Positions 47,895 through 58,235 of a stretch of 64,000 nt of DNA are shown one piece after another. The DNA comes from Candidatus Fermentibacteraceae bacterium (GTDB taxonomy: Bacteria; Fermentibacterota; Fermentibacteria; Fermentibacterales; JCC-6). Position numbers and translations under genes: made by a program. The stretch is from NCBI GenBank assembly GCA_041750285.1, contig JBGSZS010000017.1, positions 1-64,000 of the forward strand, read 5' to 3'. Within the stretch, counting starts at the first letter, position 1. Each line of letters opens with the position of its first letter. The notes beneath the pieces are model-generated. The model was not told where the DNA came from. It saw nothing but the letters and a program-made list of their open reading frames with translations, and did not search any database.

Positions 47895-48587
47895 GTGGAC
47901 AAGCTGGCGGAAGCCTTCGTCATAGCCCTGAAGATGATCTTCTCGGGCGACCCGGTCGTCATGGAGATCACACTTCGGACTCTGGCGGTTTCCGCCAGCT
48001 CCACGGTCATCGCGTGCATTCTCTTCACTCCGCTGGGATGCCTTCTGCACTTTTCCCGATTCCCAGGCAGGGGCTTTCTGATAGGCTTCATCCAGGCCCT
48101 CTACAGCATGCCAACCGTGTTCGCAGGGCTTCTGATATTCCTGCTCCTCTCCCGGGCGGGTCCGCTTGGGGAACTGGGGCTTCTCTTCACCACGAAGGCC
48201 ATAGTCATCGCCGAGGTCTTCCTTGTCGCCCCTGTCATCCTTGGCCTTGTCATCTCCGCGCTGAAGGGTGTTGCAGGCGAGGCCGCCGAAACCGTGCGTG
48301 CCCTGGGTGCCGGTTCACTTCAGACCGCGGGAGTGGTTCTTCTGGAGGCGAGGTTTGCCATCCTCTCTGCTTTTCTGATGGGTTTCGGAAGGGCCATATC
48401 CGAGGTGGGCGCCGCCATGATGGTGGGCGGCAACATAGCGGGACGGACCAGAACGCTCACGACCGCCATATCCCTTGGAATTGGAAAGGGTGAGGTAGCC
48501 GAATCAATAGCCCTCGGGCTTATACTCATGACCCTGGCACTTCTGATAAGCCTTCTCGTTCACCTCACCGGAATGAGGAAGACGTGA
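47895..48587 (+). CDS. tupB: Tungstate ABC transporter permease
   Basis: LSRAGPLG, FGRAISEVGA.MMVGGNI...TRTLTTAI. Confidence 0.9.
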   Translation: MDKLAEAFVIALKMIFSGDPVVMEITLRTLAVSASSTVIACILFTPLGCLLHFSRFPGRGFLIGFIQALYSMPTVFAGLLIFLLLSRAGPLGELGLLFTTKAIVIAEVFLVAPVILGLVISALKGVAGEAAETVRALGAGSLQTAGVVLLEARFAILSAFLMGFGRAISEVGAAMMVGGNIAGRTRTLTTAISLGIGKGEVAESIALGLILMTLALLISLLVHLTGMRKT

Positions 48588-49633
48588 GGACAGACCTTCA
48601 GGGCATATCGAAAACGGTCGGAGCAAAGCAGATCCTCACTGAGGTGTCGTTTTCTGTCGAACAGGGGGATTTCTGCACACTGATAGGCCCCACGGGCTGC
48701 GGAAAGACAACACTGCTCCGAATCGCCGACCTTCTCGAAAGGCCGACTCAAGGCAGGGTTGTGCTTGACGGTATCGACTGCACGGGCTGCCGGGGAAGGT
48801 CCAGAACGGCAATGCGACGCAGGATGTCGATGGTCATGCAAAGGCCCTTCATGCTCACAGGCACTGTCGGGAGGAACGTGAGGTTCGGCCCAGGGGTCAG
48901 GGGAATGACCGTGGGCTCAGCAGAGATCAGTGAGGTCCTCGAGGCAACGGGGCTTTCGGGTATGGAACACCGGAATGCACGAACCCTCTCCGGAGGGGAA
49001 ATGCAGAAAGTGGCCATCGCCAGGGCCGTGATTACGAAACCCGAGCTCCTTCTGCTCGACGAACCCCTCAACTCCGTTGACCAGGGCTTCAAACCCGAAC
49101 TCAGGGCGCTTATCGGAAGGCTTCACCGGGATATGGGGATGACCGTCCTGATGGCCACGCACGACCTCGCCGACGCCCTGGCCCTCTCGAACCGGACCGT
49201 GGTGCTCTCGGAGGGCAGGCTTATGCAGGCGGGCGAAACGGCCAGAGTGTTCAGCCACCCCGAAAGCCTCTTCGTGGCATCTTTCACTGGGATGAAGAAC
49301 ATTGTCCCGGTTCGGTTCGGCAACGGCACCGCCACTGCTGGAGATGTCGTGTTCTCACTTACGGAACATGCACAGGGCGAAGGATACATCTCCATTCCGC
49401 CCGAAGTCATCGTTCTGTCACTCGAAAAGCCTGATACCAGCCAGCGCAACACCTTCAGGGCAGTGGTGTCCCGCCTGGAGAGGATGCCCATGTACGACAC
49501 CGTACACATCCTTCTAAAGGGCCTTGAGCTGCAGTCCACCATCACCAGGGAATCCACCCTGCGGCTGGGCCTTGAAGCGGGGTCGGAAGTGTGGGTTTCC
49601 TTCAAGGCCACATCCGTAAGGGTTCTGGGTTAG
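48584..49633 (+). CDS. tupC: Tungstate ABC transporter ATPase with C-terminal TOBE domain
   Basis: GPTGCGKTT, LSGGE, LLLDEP, ITRES..LGL..G..V...FKAT. Confidence 0.88.
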   Translation: MRTDLQGISKTVGAKQILTEVSFSVEQGDFCTLIGPTGCGKTTLLRIADLLERPTQGRVVLDGIDCTGCRGRSRTAMRRRMSMVMQRPFMLTGTVGRNVRFGPGVRGMTVGSAEISEVLEATGLSGMEHRNARTLSGGEMQKVAIARAVITKPELLLLDEPLNSVDQGFKPELRALIGRLHRDMGMTVLMATHDLADALALSNRTVVLSEGRLMQAGETARVFSHPESLFVASFTGMKNIVPVRFGNGTATAGDVVFSLTEHAQGEGYISIPPEVIVLSLEKPDTSQRNTFRAVVSRLERMPMYDTVHILLKGLELQSTITRESTLRLGLEAGSEVWVSFKATSVRVLG

Positions 49634-49646
49634 CGCAGGACCGGCA

Positions 49647-50531
49647 TCAGCTCACAAGCATCGCCCTGGCCATCCTTCCGTGGAGCTTACCCACCAGCCT
49701 CGCCAGGTGGAGCATCCCCATGAAGATCACGGCACCGAGAGCCACGACTGCGGGGTAGAGCCAGACCGGTATCCACCACTCCACCGGTGCATCGATTACG
49801 GGTTCATGGAAGACGAGTTCGATAACAGGGCTGGCGATGAAGCTCAGGGCAACCGCCGCCAGAGTGATGAAAAAACTGAAATAGAGTGTTCCCAGCGGCA
49901 GCATCAGGATCAGGTAAAGTGCCGAAGACCAGGTGCTTCTCGTGGTGAAAACGCCCTTGATGCTTCCCCACCAGCCCTCACCCTTCCTTATGAAAACGGC
50001 CCTTCGGGGCATGCGCACACCGAGAAGAGCCTCGACCATCCTGCCCTCGACAAGTGCCAGGCCGCGAAAGGAGAGGAAGAAGAGCCAAGCCACCGGAACG
50101 CCTATGATCAGCACAAGAAGGCCCAGGGAGAGCGAAAGGCCGTTGGTGGTCCAGGTGAAGTAGAATATCCCGGTTACCAGGGAGATGATCATGTAAAGGA
50201 AAGCCGCCCATGCCGAAGGCTCGGTGACAACCCCCACGAACCTTTTAAGGGCCGACCTTTCGTTCCTTGCGCGCTGGGGTTTCAGGGCCGGAACGGTGAA
50301 AGCCTCGACCCTTCGGTACTGCTCCGCAAGCTCGGCCGGAGAGCCGTAGCTGGCGACGACTTCACGCAGCGCCTCTTCTTCAGTCAGTTCGGGGCGTTCC
50401 TTCCCGAGATTCTCGAGCCCTGCGGTAAGATGATCCTCGGCATCGGCCAGGGCATCCTGAACAATAGCCCTGTCGCAGCCCTTCAGATGTTTCCGGAAGT
50501 CATCGAGATAGAGCCCTATTCCCTTATTCAT
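49647..50531 (-). CDS. HAAS + putative sensor-domain membrane protein (PadR partner)
   Basis: DALADAEDHL...YGSPAELA N-domain followed by TM segments. Confidence 0.8.
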   Translation of the reverse strand: MNKGIGLYLDDFRKHLKGCDRAIVQDALADAEDHLTAGLENLGKERPELTEEEALREVVASYGSPAELAEQYRRVEAFTVPALKPQRARNERSALKRFVGVVTEPSAWAAFLYMIISLVTGIFYFTWTTNGLSLSLGLLVLIIGVPVAWLFFLSFRGLALVEGRMVEALLGVRMPRRAVFIRKGEGWWGSIKGVFTTRSTWSSALYLILMLPLGTLYFSFFITLAAVALSFIASPVIELVFHEPVIDAPVEWWIPVWLYPAVVALGAVIFMGMLHLARLVGKLHGRMARAMLVS

Positions 50532-50928
50532 CGGTGCGGCCTCCCAGCAGTCCGTCCATGAAGACGGTTGTTTCCTTCCAAATCCCTGCCCAGCGCCCAA
50601 GGGCCTCCCTGCCCGAGGGAGTGATCGTGTAGTACCTTCTTGGAGGGCCTGCGACGGATGGTTCAACGGTGCTGAAAAGCAGCCCCGCACCCTCCAGGGA
50701 CCGCAATACAGGATAGAGGGTTCCGTGCTTGACGATCCTGGAGCCGTCACCCCTCTCCTCCATCAGTTTCGCAACGCTGTAACCGTACAGTGGACCCGGG
50801 GCCCCGTCCATTATCCCGAGCAGAGCCAGTGCAGTAATGCCGGCACTGAGTTCCTTTCGGAACTTTCTGTCTTCCGGGGACATCCCGTCATCATTCATCA
50901 GGGCCGTTTCCGAACCGGGATTCACCAT
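50524..50928 (-). CDS. PadR-family regulator (start uncertain, 50883-50928)
   Basis: YGY, GTLYPVLRSLE, GPPRRYYTIT..G. Confidence 0.92.
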   Translation of the reverse strand: MVNPGSETALMNDDGMSPEDRKFRKELSAGITALALLGIMDGAPGPLYGYSVAKLMEERGDGSRIVKHGTLYPVLRSLEGAGLLFSTVEPSVAGPPRRYYTITPSGREALGRWAGIWKETTVFMDGLLGGRTDE

Positions 50929-50962
50929 TTGACACATCCTTTCCAATGGTCATCACAGGTGA

Positions 50963-50991
50963 ATACTACTACTCACTTCATTCTATGTCAA
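50963..50991 (-). promoter_or_regulatory. Sigma70 promoter of the padR operon
   Basis: TTGACA-17nt-TAGTAT on the minus strand. Confidence 0.6.
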
Positions 50992-51130
50992 GGTTTACAC
51001 TTCCACCTTCCGGAGATTGCTCGAAGTGTATTGACCCGCTTGACTTTCAGCGCTAATGTATTGACTGACGGGTTGAATACATGCTCGTTCTGCCGGGCAC
51101 ACTCACAGCCGATGAAGGGGGTTGGTTGTA

Positions 51131-52369
51131 ATGATGCGATTCAAACCGATACTTCCACTTCATGCTGCGGTTCTTCTACTTGTTTCGGGTGTTCAGGGAT
51201 CAGACGGCGAAGTTGTGGGTTGGGGTTCGAACAGCGACGGCCAGTGCAGTACGCCTTACCCGAACTCCGGCTTCATAGCTGTCTCCGCAGGCGAGAACCA
51301 CAGCCTTGGTCTCAAGGCTGACGGCACCATCATGTCATGGGGAGACAACGAACTCGGCCAGTGCAACGTGCCGATGCCCAATCAGGACTTCATCGCCGTC
51401 TCCGCCGGGCGCAGCCACAGCCTGGGCTTGAAGGAAAGCGGCATCATCGTTGCGTGGGGGTACAACGAATACGGCCAGTGCGACGTACCCCAGCCCAACA
51501 ACGGTTTTGTCGCGGTGGCCGCGGGCGAATACCACAGCCTTGGTCTCAAGGCTGACGGCTCTGTCGTGGCATGGGGGAGGAACCAGTTCGGGCAGTGCAA
51601 CGTTCCCGGACCAAACGATGACTTCGTTTCCATAGCTGCGGGCGTGTACCACTCGATCGCCATAAGGGCGGACAGTTCTCTCGCCTTGTGGGGGGGCAAC
51701 TACTGGGGCGAGTGCAACGTTCCCGAACCGAACCAGGGGTTCACCGCAGTATCGGGTGGCTGGGGCCACACACTGGGTCTCAAGGCTGACGGCTCGGTTG
51801 TAGCGTGGGGCATGAGCAACCTGGGACAGTGCAACGTACCCGACAGCGCTCCGTTCGTGGCCGTGTCCGCCTCCAACAGCCACAGCCTGGGGCTCACCGC
51901 CGATGGCGTTATCGCGGCATGGGGCGCAGGAGGTCCGGGGCAGTCCGGCTACCCGCACTACGGGCAGAGCATTGTGCCCGAGCCCAATCAAGGGTTCGGA
52001 GCAATTGCCGCGGGCTGGTTCCACAGCCTTGGTCTGCAAATGGAACTGACAGGTTCCGGTTCGCAGGCTTCATTTGAAACGGGCAACGCCGGAACAACCA
52101 TTCTTTCGGTCGCACCGAACCCGTTCGACGCTGCCGTAACGGTCTTTTTCAACACAACCCAACCCGGCGAAGCGAGTCTCGCCGTGTACGACATGGCTGG
52201 CCGGGAGGTCAGGGTTATCACCATCGGCGAGTCCGGTGAAGGGCAGAGATCGGTCACGTGGGACGGACGAAGCGAAACCGGCGAAAAACTGCCTCCGGGA
52301 GTCTACCTGGCCATCATCCGTCAGTACGGCTTCGGTTCGAACGCTGAAAGGATCGTGCTTCTCCCCTGA
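51131..52369 (+). CDS. Secreted RCC1-repeat protein with FlgD/T9SS-type CTD
   Basis: About seven AVSAG..HSLGLKADG.VVAWG.N..GQC repeats; tail PNPF...YDMAGR...WDG...PGVY. Confidence 0.9.
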   Translation: MMRFKPILPLHAAVLLLVSGVQGSDGEVVGWGSNSDGQCSTPYPNSGFIAVSAGENHSLGLKADGTIMSWGDNELGQCNVPMPNQDFIAVSAGRSHSLGLKESGIIVAWGYNEYGQCDVPQPNNGFVAVAAGEYHSLGLKADGSVVAWGRNQFGQCNVPGPNDDFVSIAAGVYHSIAIRADSSLALWGGNYWGECNVPEPNQGFTAVSGGWGHTLGLKADGSVVAWGMSNLGQCNVPDSAPFVAVSASNSHSLGLTADGVIAAWGAGGPGQSGYPHYGQSIVPEPNQGFGAIAAGWFHSLGLQMELTGSGSQASFETGNAGTTILSVAPNPFDAAVTVFFNTTQPGEASLAVYDMAGREVRVITIGESGEGQRSVTWDGRSETGEKLPPGVYLAIIRQYGFGSNAERIVLLP

Positions 52370-52373
52370 GACC

Positions 52374-54182
52374 CTACCTTATCACCGCGAACCTTTCAGT
52401 GAAGGACTGATCACCGGCGTACATCCTGCACATGTAAATGCCCGGCAGGAAATCGCCCGCGGGGATCTGGTGGTATCCGGCGGGAAAGACCACGCCTCCC
52501 TGCTGCCAGACCACCCTTCCGGCGATGTCGTACACCTCAAAACTCACAAAGCAGTTCTCCTCGAGATTGAAGCCGATCACTGGAACGGAAACCGCCGGGT
52601 TCGGTGTCACCGCCACGAGGCACGTGCCCTGAGGCACCGGCGACGCAGTCTCCTCAATACCGGTCGAGACCCATGAGATCTCAACCCGCTCGACGACAGG
52701 AGTCTCCGTGGACTGACCGGACTGCATCAGCACCCTGTACTGAACGTACGAATCACTGTCTGCAAGTATCCCACTGAGCCTGCACGGCTCGAGCAGAATG
52801 TCCGACCATGCCCCCATGTCGGTGAAGTCGTCGGACGCCCTTATCTGGAAGGCAACCTGGGTTCCCTCGGGAACTTCCGAGATCCAGTCGATTATCCCCC
52901 AGGCGGGGTCCGACCCAGTGTAGAGAACGCTCGACTCAAGGATGCCTGCTTCCGGCGAGGGGTCCCACCATGCGACGGTGTTCGCGTGCATGGCAGCACC
53001 CAGGGGGTCGGGCTCCCCATCCCCGTTGAGATCACCCGAACTCACGGAAAAGGCGCCATCGAACGAAGCCCCGAGAACGGTCTCACCCCAGATGCCCCCG
53101 CGGTTCTCGTAAAGGGCAACAAGGTCTCCGTGAACACCCGCCGCAAGGACATCGCCGTCGCCGTCGCCGTCGATGTCGCAGCCGTGAATGCAGACAGCCC
53201 CGTCGAACAGGTCGTTTATGAGCTCCGCGGTGAATTCACCGCCCCTGTTCTCCCACCAGACCAGTTCATCTGCAATGGACGCGGCGCCGAGGACATCGGG
53301 ATCGCCATCGCCGTCAATGTCGAAGGTGTGCACGAAGTAGACGCCGTCGAAGTCGGTTGCAATGTCATGCCTGGTCCAGGAGCCACCCGCCGAGTCGGTG
53401 TTCTCGAACCATGCAACGTCGTCATCGTAGAACGCCCCGGCGACAACGTCCGGATCGCCGTCGGCGTCAATGTCAGTCACGTGCACCGTCCACGCTCCGT
53501 TGAAGGATTCCCCGACAAGGTGGCTCTCCCATCCGAGCCCGCCTCCCGTGTTCTCCCACCACACGATGCGGTCAAGCTGTGAGGACGCTGCCACGACGTC
53601 GATGTAGCCGTCTCCGTCGATGTCGTACGGAAAGGCCGCCCGTGCGCCGGCAAAATCGACTGACACAAGATGAATGCTCCATTCGCCGCCGGAACCGTCG
53701 AGGTTTTCCCACCACGCCACGTCCCTTCCGCCGTACTGGGTTTTGGCCGCGGCGATCAGGTCTGTGTCGCCATCGCCGTCAACGTCGGCGGCGGCGATGG
53801 AACTGACCGACGGAAAGTCGCGCTCAACTGCGTGTTCCTCCCACGAGAAGCCGTAACCGTCAGTGTTCTCCCACCACATCACGTCGCCCGCATCGATGGC
53901 GGACCCGGCAATGTCCAGATCGCCGTCACCGTCGATGTCGGCCGGGCAGACCGCCGTCACGCCGTCGATCGAGTCGGCAACGAGGTATGTGGCCGGATCT
54001 GTTGCGAGGCTTATCCGGTCTGCGTATGACCAGTCGATGTTCACGCACTCGAAGAAATCGATGCCGAATTGACTGACGGGACCCTGCTGTCTGGGTCCAC
54101 CCGACCAGTCATCCTGCTCGGCGGAAATGGCGAGGACGGAAGAGGCTGACAACAGCACCAAAGCAACTGCAGTTCTGAACAT
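52374..54182 (-). CDS. Secreted FG-GAP/VCBS-repeat protein with T9SS-type CTD
   Basis: Repeated DIDGDGD.D and WWEN; tail PNP...YDIAGR...PGIY. Confidence 0.9.
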   Translation of the reverse strand: MFRTAVALVLLSASSVLAISAEQDDWSGGPRQQGPVSQFGIDFFECVNIDWSYADRISLATDPATYLVADSIDGVTAVCPADIDGDGDLDIAGSAIDAGDVMWWENTDGYGFSWEEHAVERDFPSVSSIAAADVDGDGDTDLIAAAKTQYGGRDVAWWENLDGSGGEWSIHLVSVDFAGARAAFPYDIDGDGYIDVVAASSQLDRIVWWENTGGGLGWESHLVGESFNGAWTVHVTDIDADGDPDVVAGAFYDDDVAWFENTDSAGGSWTRHDIATDFDGVYFVHTFDIDGDGDPDVLGAASIADELVWWENRGGEFTAELINDLFDGAVCIHGCDIDGDGDGDVLAAGVHGDLVALYENRGGIWGETVLGASFDGAFSVSSGDLNGDGEPDPLGAAMHANTVAWWDPSPEAGILESSVLYTGSDPAWGIIDWISEVPEGTQVAFQIRASDDFTDMGAWSDILLEPCRLSGILADSDSYVQYRVLMQSGQSTETPVVERVEISWVSTGIEETASPVPQGTCLVAVTPNPAVSVPVIGFNLEENCFVSFEVYDIAGRVVWQQGGVVFPAGYHQIPAGDFLPGIYMCRMYAGDQSFTERFAVIR

Positions 54183-54254
54183 ACCATACCTCCATTCGCC
54201 GTATGCTTGCTCTGCGACAGAGTTATGTCAATGGGCGGGGATCATCACAGGTTT

Positions 54255-55952
54255 CTAGCGAAGCAGAATGACACTTCGCACAACCTCCCTGTTTCCGAGC
54301 CTGGCTCTGGCGAAGTAAACGCCTGCAGGCGCCGGGCTGAAGTCGGAGCAGCGCCCGTCCCAGACCAGGGTGGCGCGACCCTGCAGGCTCCCGGTGCTCA
54401 TGCTTCGAACCATGCGGCCCGAGACGTCGTACATCTCCACCACTGGAAACTCCCGCCCCGTCCATGAAAGCTCGAGACTGACGGGGCCGTGGGACGGGAC
54501 CGGAGTTGCATGGAATTGAAGGTCCGCTGCCGGGGATGCTTCCCCGCCGGTTCCCTGCCCTTCGAAGGCGCTGAAGAGGTATCCGGTCCCGCCAGTTCCT
54601 GAAGCACCCGCCACGACCAGCACCACCTGGTCGTCGGGGTTGGAAAGACCCGGCACTACGACCGAACCGGACTGGGTTGGCTGATCGAGTTCCAAGGGGA
54701 TCACTTCGGGAGAGGCACCGGTTCTCAGCGCGAGCGCCCTGACGGCGAACGAGTTGTTGTCCGAGCCGTCGAAGGTGAGGGTAAGATCCTCCGACGGGAT
54801 GTTCTGGAACCTGTAGTAATCGGCCGCCCAGTGGTTGACCGTCTTCTGGACATCCACCGTGGGATAGCTTGAGTACGTGCCGGCGACATTGAATGCGGGC
54901 AGGTCCTCACCCAGGTAGCCGAACCTTCCGTCCGCGATATCGGTGTCATCCAGATAGTTGGCCACCACCCAGTCCGCGAAAACGTCGTCGAAGTCCTCGG
55001 AGTAACCGAAGTCGTCGAGTACCGCGTTGTAACCCTCGATGGAGTTGGCCGGCTCGTGAACCACGGCGTAAACGGCGGGATGCCCCCCATACCTCTCGAA
55101 AAAGTACAGCGACCACAGGTACGTTTGTATGTAGTCCGCCCAGTAGCCGTCCCAGGCAGTGAGATCGTTGTCGGGGTTGCTGTTGAATCCGGAGATGTTG
55201 TCAGGATTTCCGTAGAAGTACATTGCCAGTTCCGCCATGCCTTCGTCCACCCACGAATCCTCATTCCCGTCGTACTTCCAGTGGATCATGTGCTCGAACT
55301 CGTGCGAGGCCACGGCAAGCATGTATTCACCTGAAGGGCCTCCCTGGCTCATGGTGTTGAGGTAGAGGACCTCGCACTCGTTGCTGTGGTAGCTGGGATA
55401 CGTTCCCTCGGGGTACTGGTCGAACCAGAAGAAGAACCCGTCCGCCGATATCACGAAGTCAAACCACACCAGGTAGATCCTGGGATCATCGTCGAGTTCG
55501 TCCGGCGGTTCTCCGAATGACAGGCTGTCGATCTCGTAGATGCCCTGATCAGGATAGGGACCGATGCTTGTGTTCTCCCATGTTTCCAGAATGGCGTCAA
55601 CGTCGGATTGATCTATTGATACGTTCCATTCAAGGTCCCTCACCACGACGTAACCACGATCGGATTTTCCGCGGACGGTGCACACGTGCTGTTCGAAATG
55701 GGGCGGCATGGGATCGTGAACCCAGAGCCACCACACCCAGGAATCACCGACTTCTGGGTTCGGGGGCGGTGACAGCGGACAACCGGGATCGGCCAGCAGA
55801 ACATCGGGACCAACATCCCCGGGAGCAGGTATCACGACGTCTCGCACGTGGTCGGAACCAGTTCCGTAATCCGCCGACAATGCACCTGCTGCCAGTACAA
55901 GCACCACGTACAACCATGGAGACCACAGTTTCCGAACCCGTTCGTACCACAT
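54255..55952 (-). CDS. Secreted zinc metallopeptidase (HExxH, M30/M6-like) with FlgD/T9SS-type CTD
   Basis: SHEFEHMIH...WVDEGMAE; tail YDVSGR...WDG...AGVYF. Confidence 0.85.
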   Translation of the reverse strand: MWYERVRKLWSPWLYVVLVLAAGALSADYGTGSDHVRDVVIPAPGDVGPDVLLADPGCPLSPPPNPEVGDSWVWWLWVHDPMPPHFEQHVCTVRGKSDRGYVVVRDLEWNVSIDQSDVDAILETWENTSIGPYPDQGIYEIDSLSFGEPPDELDDDPRIYLVWFDFVISADGFFFWFDQYPEGTYPSYHSNECEVLYLNTMSQGGPSGEYMLAVASHEFEHMIHWKYDGNEDSWVDEGMAELAMYFYGNPDNISGFNSNPDNDLTAWDGYWADYIQTYLWSLYFFERYGGHPAVYAVVHEPANSIEGYNAVLDDFGYSEDFDDVFADWVVANYLDDTDIADGRFGYLGEDLPAFNVAGTYSSYPTVDVQKTVNHWAADYYRFQNIPSEDLTLTFDGSDNNSFAVRALALRTGASPEVIPLELDQPTQSGSVVVPGLSNPDDQVVLVVAGASGTGGTGYLFSAFEGQGTGGEASPAADLQFHATPVPSHGPVSLELSWTGREFPVVEMYDVSGRMVRSMSTGSLQGRATLVWDGRCSDFSPAPAGVYFARARLGNREVVRSVILLR

Positions 55953-56095
55953 CAGCAACCTTCCTTTCTCTGTCAGACAATCAACTATACACGAGTGGTA
56001 GGAAAAAACCCCGGACACTCAAGCTGGCCCCGCCCCCGCGGGATGAAGTATTTTCCGTGACGTTTCCAGGGATTCAACGAAGGGACCGGGCAGGG

Positions 56096-57622
56096 ATGCG
56101 GGCATCCGGCAACAGGGGCGCTCACTTTTTCGTATTCATCACCGGAAGCGCGGTGATGGCAACCGAGATGTGCGCAAGCAGGTTCATTGCGCCCTGGTTC
56201 GGAACCTCCATGATAGTCTGGTCGGTTCTCATCGCGGTGGTGCTGGCCGCCATGTCGGTCGGCTACTGGCTTGGGGGAAGGCTTGCGGACCGCCGTCCCT
56301 CGTGGGCCGTTCTCTGCTGGATCCCGGCGATCGCCGGGGTTCTCATCGCCCTGATCCCCCCCCTCGGGGGTCTTCTGTTCTCGAGACTCTCCGCGGGGAT
56401 CATGGCCACTCCCGTGAACATCATCATCCTGGCTTTCGTGGGAGTCGTGGCCGTGTTCGTCCCTCCGGTGCTTCTGCTTGCAATGGTCAGCCCCTTCATG
56501 GTCAGGCTGATCGCCAGGGCCGACAACACCGGCAGAACCGCAGGCTCACTTTACGCGGTCTCAACGCTGGGCAGCATCGCCGGAACCCTCTTCTCCACAC
56601 TTGTCACCATTCCCCTTCTGGGCACCAGGGAGACTCTGTTCATCGTTTCGGGAGTGCTCATACTGCTGGGAATCATCGGACTGAGAAAAAAGGCACGGGC
56701 AATGCCGGTCCTGCTGGTGCTGCCCCTGATCGGCTGGTTTTCCTTCAGTGGCGCGGTACGACAGGGCGAGGCAGTTGTCCACGAGGAGGAAAGCCTCTAC
56801 CAGTACATTCAGGTACAAAGAAGGAGTGACGGCTCGACGATCCTGGTCGTCAACGAGGGCGGCGCCATGCAGTCCATAGCACGCGAGGGCGATGTTCTCC
56901 GTCCCGCTTCGACCTATTACGAGAGCTTCCTGCTGCTGCCTTACATGATCGGGCCGTCGGAGGAGGTGGATGTCCTGGTCATTGGTTCCGGTGCCGGCAC
57001 AATCCCGCACTGGCTCGCCGTACATGTCCGACCGGACATTCCGGGGCTTCGAACGGATGCGGTGGAGATAGACGGACGGGTCGCAGAGCTGGGCTACCTG
57101 TGGTTCAACACACAGAGGGATGACGCCCGGATGATCATCTCCGACGGCAGGACCTACATCGAGAACACAACCGAGACTTACGACATCATCATAACCGACA
57201 CCTACAGCAACCAGATATACATTCCCTTCCACCTGACAACGGTCGAGTACTTCACCGAACTCAGGGCACACCTGAACAGCGGCGGGGTGGTAGCCATGAA
57301 CGTGAACGCCCTCTCCGAGGATTCAGGCCTTCTCCAGGCCATTGGTTCAACCCTGTACGAAGTCTTTCCGCTGGTTTACATCGTCCACGTCTCGAATGAC
57401 TACAACTTCATGCTCATTGCTTCGGAATACCCGATACAAGCGCCTCCGGCCGACTCCATGGCCGTCTGGAACCCCGTCCTCGAGGAGACTGCCCGGTTCT
57501 TCGAGCCCGTTTTCAAACCCTTCGACCCGGAAGACGGTTTGATCCTCACCGACAACAGGGCCCCGGCTGAATTCCTGACCGACATGATGATATTCCACGA
57601 GGCCGCGGGACGGGTCAGGTGA
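56096..57622 (+). CDS. Fused membrane domain / spermidine synthase-like protein
   Basis: E...SR..AP.FG, GY.LGG.LAD, AG.LYA.STLGS, IGSGAG, VEID, DGR, LTDNRAP. Confidence 0.88.
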   Translation: MRASGNRGAHFFVFITGSAVMATEMCASRFIAPWFGTSMIVWSVLIAVVLAAMSVGYWLGGRLADRRPSWAVLCWIPAIAGVLIALIPPLGGLLFSRLSAGIMATPVNIIILAFVGVVAVFVPPVLLLAMVSPFMVRLIARADNTGRTAGSLYAVSTLGSIAGTLFSTLVTIPLLGTRETLFIVSGVLILLGIIGLRKKARAMPVLLVLPLIGWFSFSGAVRQGEAVVHEEESLYQYIQVQRRSDGSTILVVNEGGAMQSIAREGDVLRPASTYYESFLLLPYMIGPSEEVDVLVIGSGAGTIPHWLAVHVRPDIPGLRTDAVEIDGRVAELGYLWFNTQRDDARMIISDGRTYIENTTETYDIIITDTYSNQIYIPFHLTTVEYFTELRAHLNSGGVVAMNVNALSEDSGLLQAIGSTLYEVFPLVYIVHVSNDYNFMLIASEYPIQAPPADSMAVWNPVLEETARFFEPVFKPFDPEDGLILTDNRAPAEFLTDMMIFHEAAGRVR

Positions 57623-57629
57623 TCCGGGG

Positions 57630-58229
57630 ATGAACGGCGCTACTTCACTTTGCGCAATCATGATCCTTCTGCTCACACAAGGATTGACCGCATACGAAAC
57701 AGGCAACCCTGACTTCTACGAAGCAGCGCCGGCCACGCCGGAACTCATCATGGGCCGGGGACTCATGAGTCAGCAGCAGCTGGTATCCTTCTTCATGGAG
57801 AACAACACGGAGGCTGACCTTCAAAGGGTGACCCTTCTCGCGTCCCTTTACATCGAAGAGTCTGCCGTCGAGGGAGTGAATTCGGATGTGGCTTTCGTTC
57901 AGATGTGCCTGGAGACGGGTTTTTTGCGTTTCGGTGGCCTTGTCACCAGTAACATGAACAACTTCTGCGGCCTTGGGGCGGTGAGCACTGAGCAGCGCGG
58001 ACACTGCTTCCCCGACGAGCGGACAGGCGTTCGTGCACACATTCAGCACCTGAAGGCGTACGGCTCAACTGCGCCGCTGGCTGGTGAACTGGTTGACCCC
58101 CGTTACAACTATGTCACCCCAAGGGGAAAATCCCCGGGTATTCTCGGGCTGTCCGGAACCTGGGCGGCGGACCGACAGTACGGGGCGAAAATCATCGAAC
58201 TGCTTGAGCGTCTGTACGACTCGTGGTGA
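57630..58229 (+). CDS. Glucosaminidase (GH73-like) domain secreted protein
   Basis: EGVN.D.AF.QMCLETG, NNFCGLG, AHIQHLKAY, WAAD..YG. Confidence 0.85.
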   Translation: MNGATSLCAIMILLLTQGLTAYETGNPDFYEAAPATPELIMGRGLMSQQQLVSFFMENNTEADLQRVTLLASLYIEESAVEGVNSDVAFVQMCLETGFLRFGGLVTSNMNNFCGLGAVSTEQRGHCFPDERTGVRAHIQHLKAYGSTAPLAGELVDPRYNYVTPRGKSPGILGLSGTWAADRQYGAKIIELLERLYDSW

Positions 58230-58235
58230 CCCGGT

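Noticed and set aside
51200..52040. Near-identical nucleotide repeats (CACAGCCTTGGTCTCAAGGCTGACGGC) as a CRISPR array
   Set aside because: They are in-frame RCC1 coding repeats; no cas genes or unique spacers
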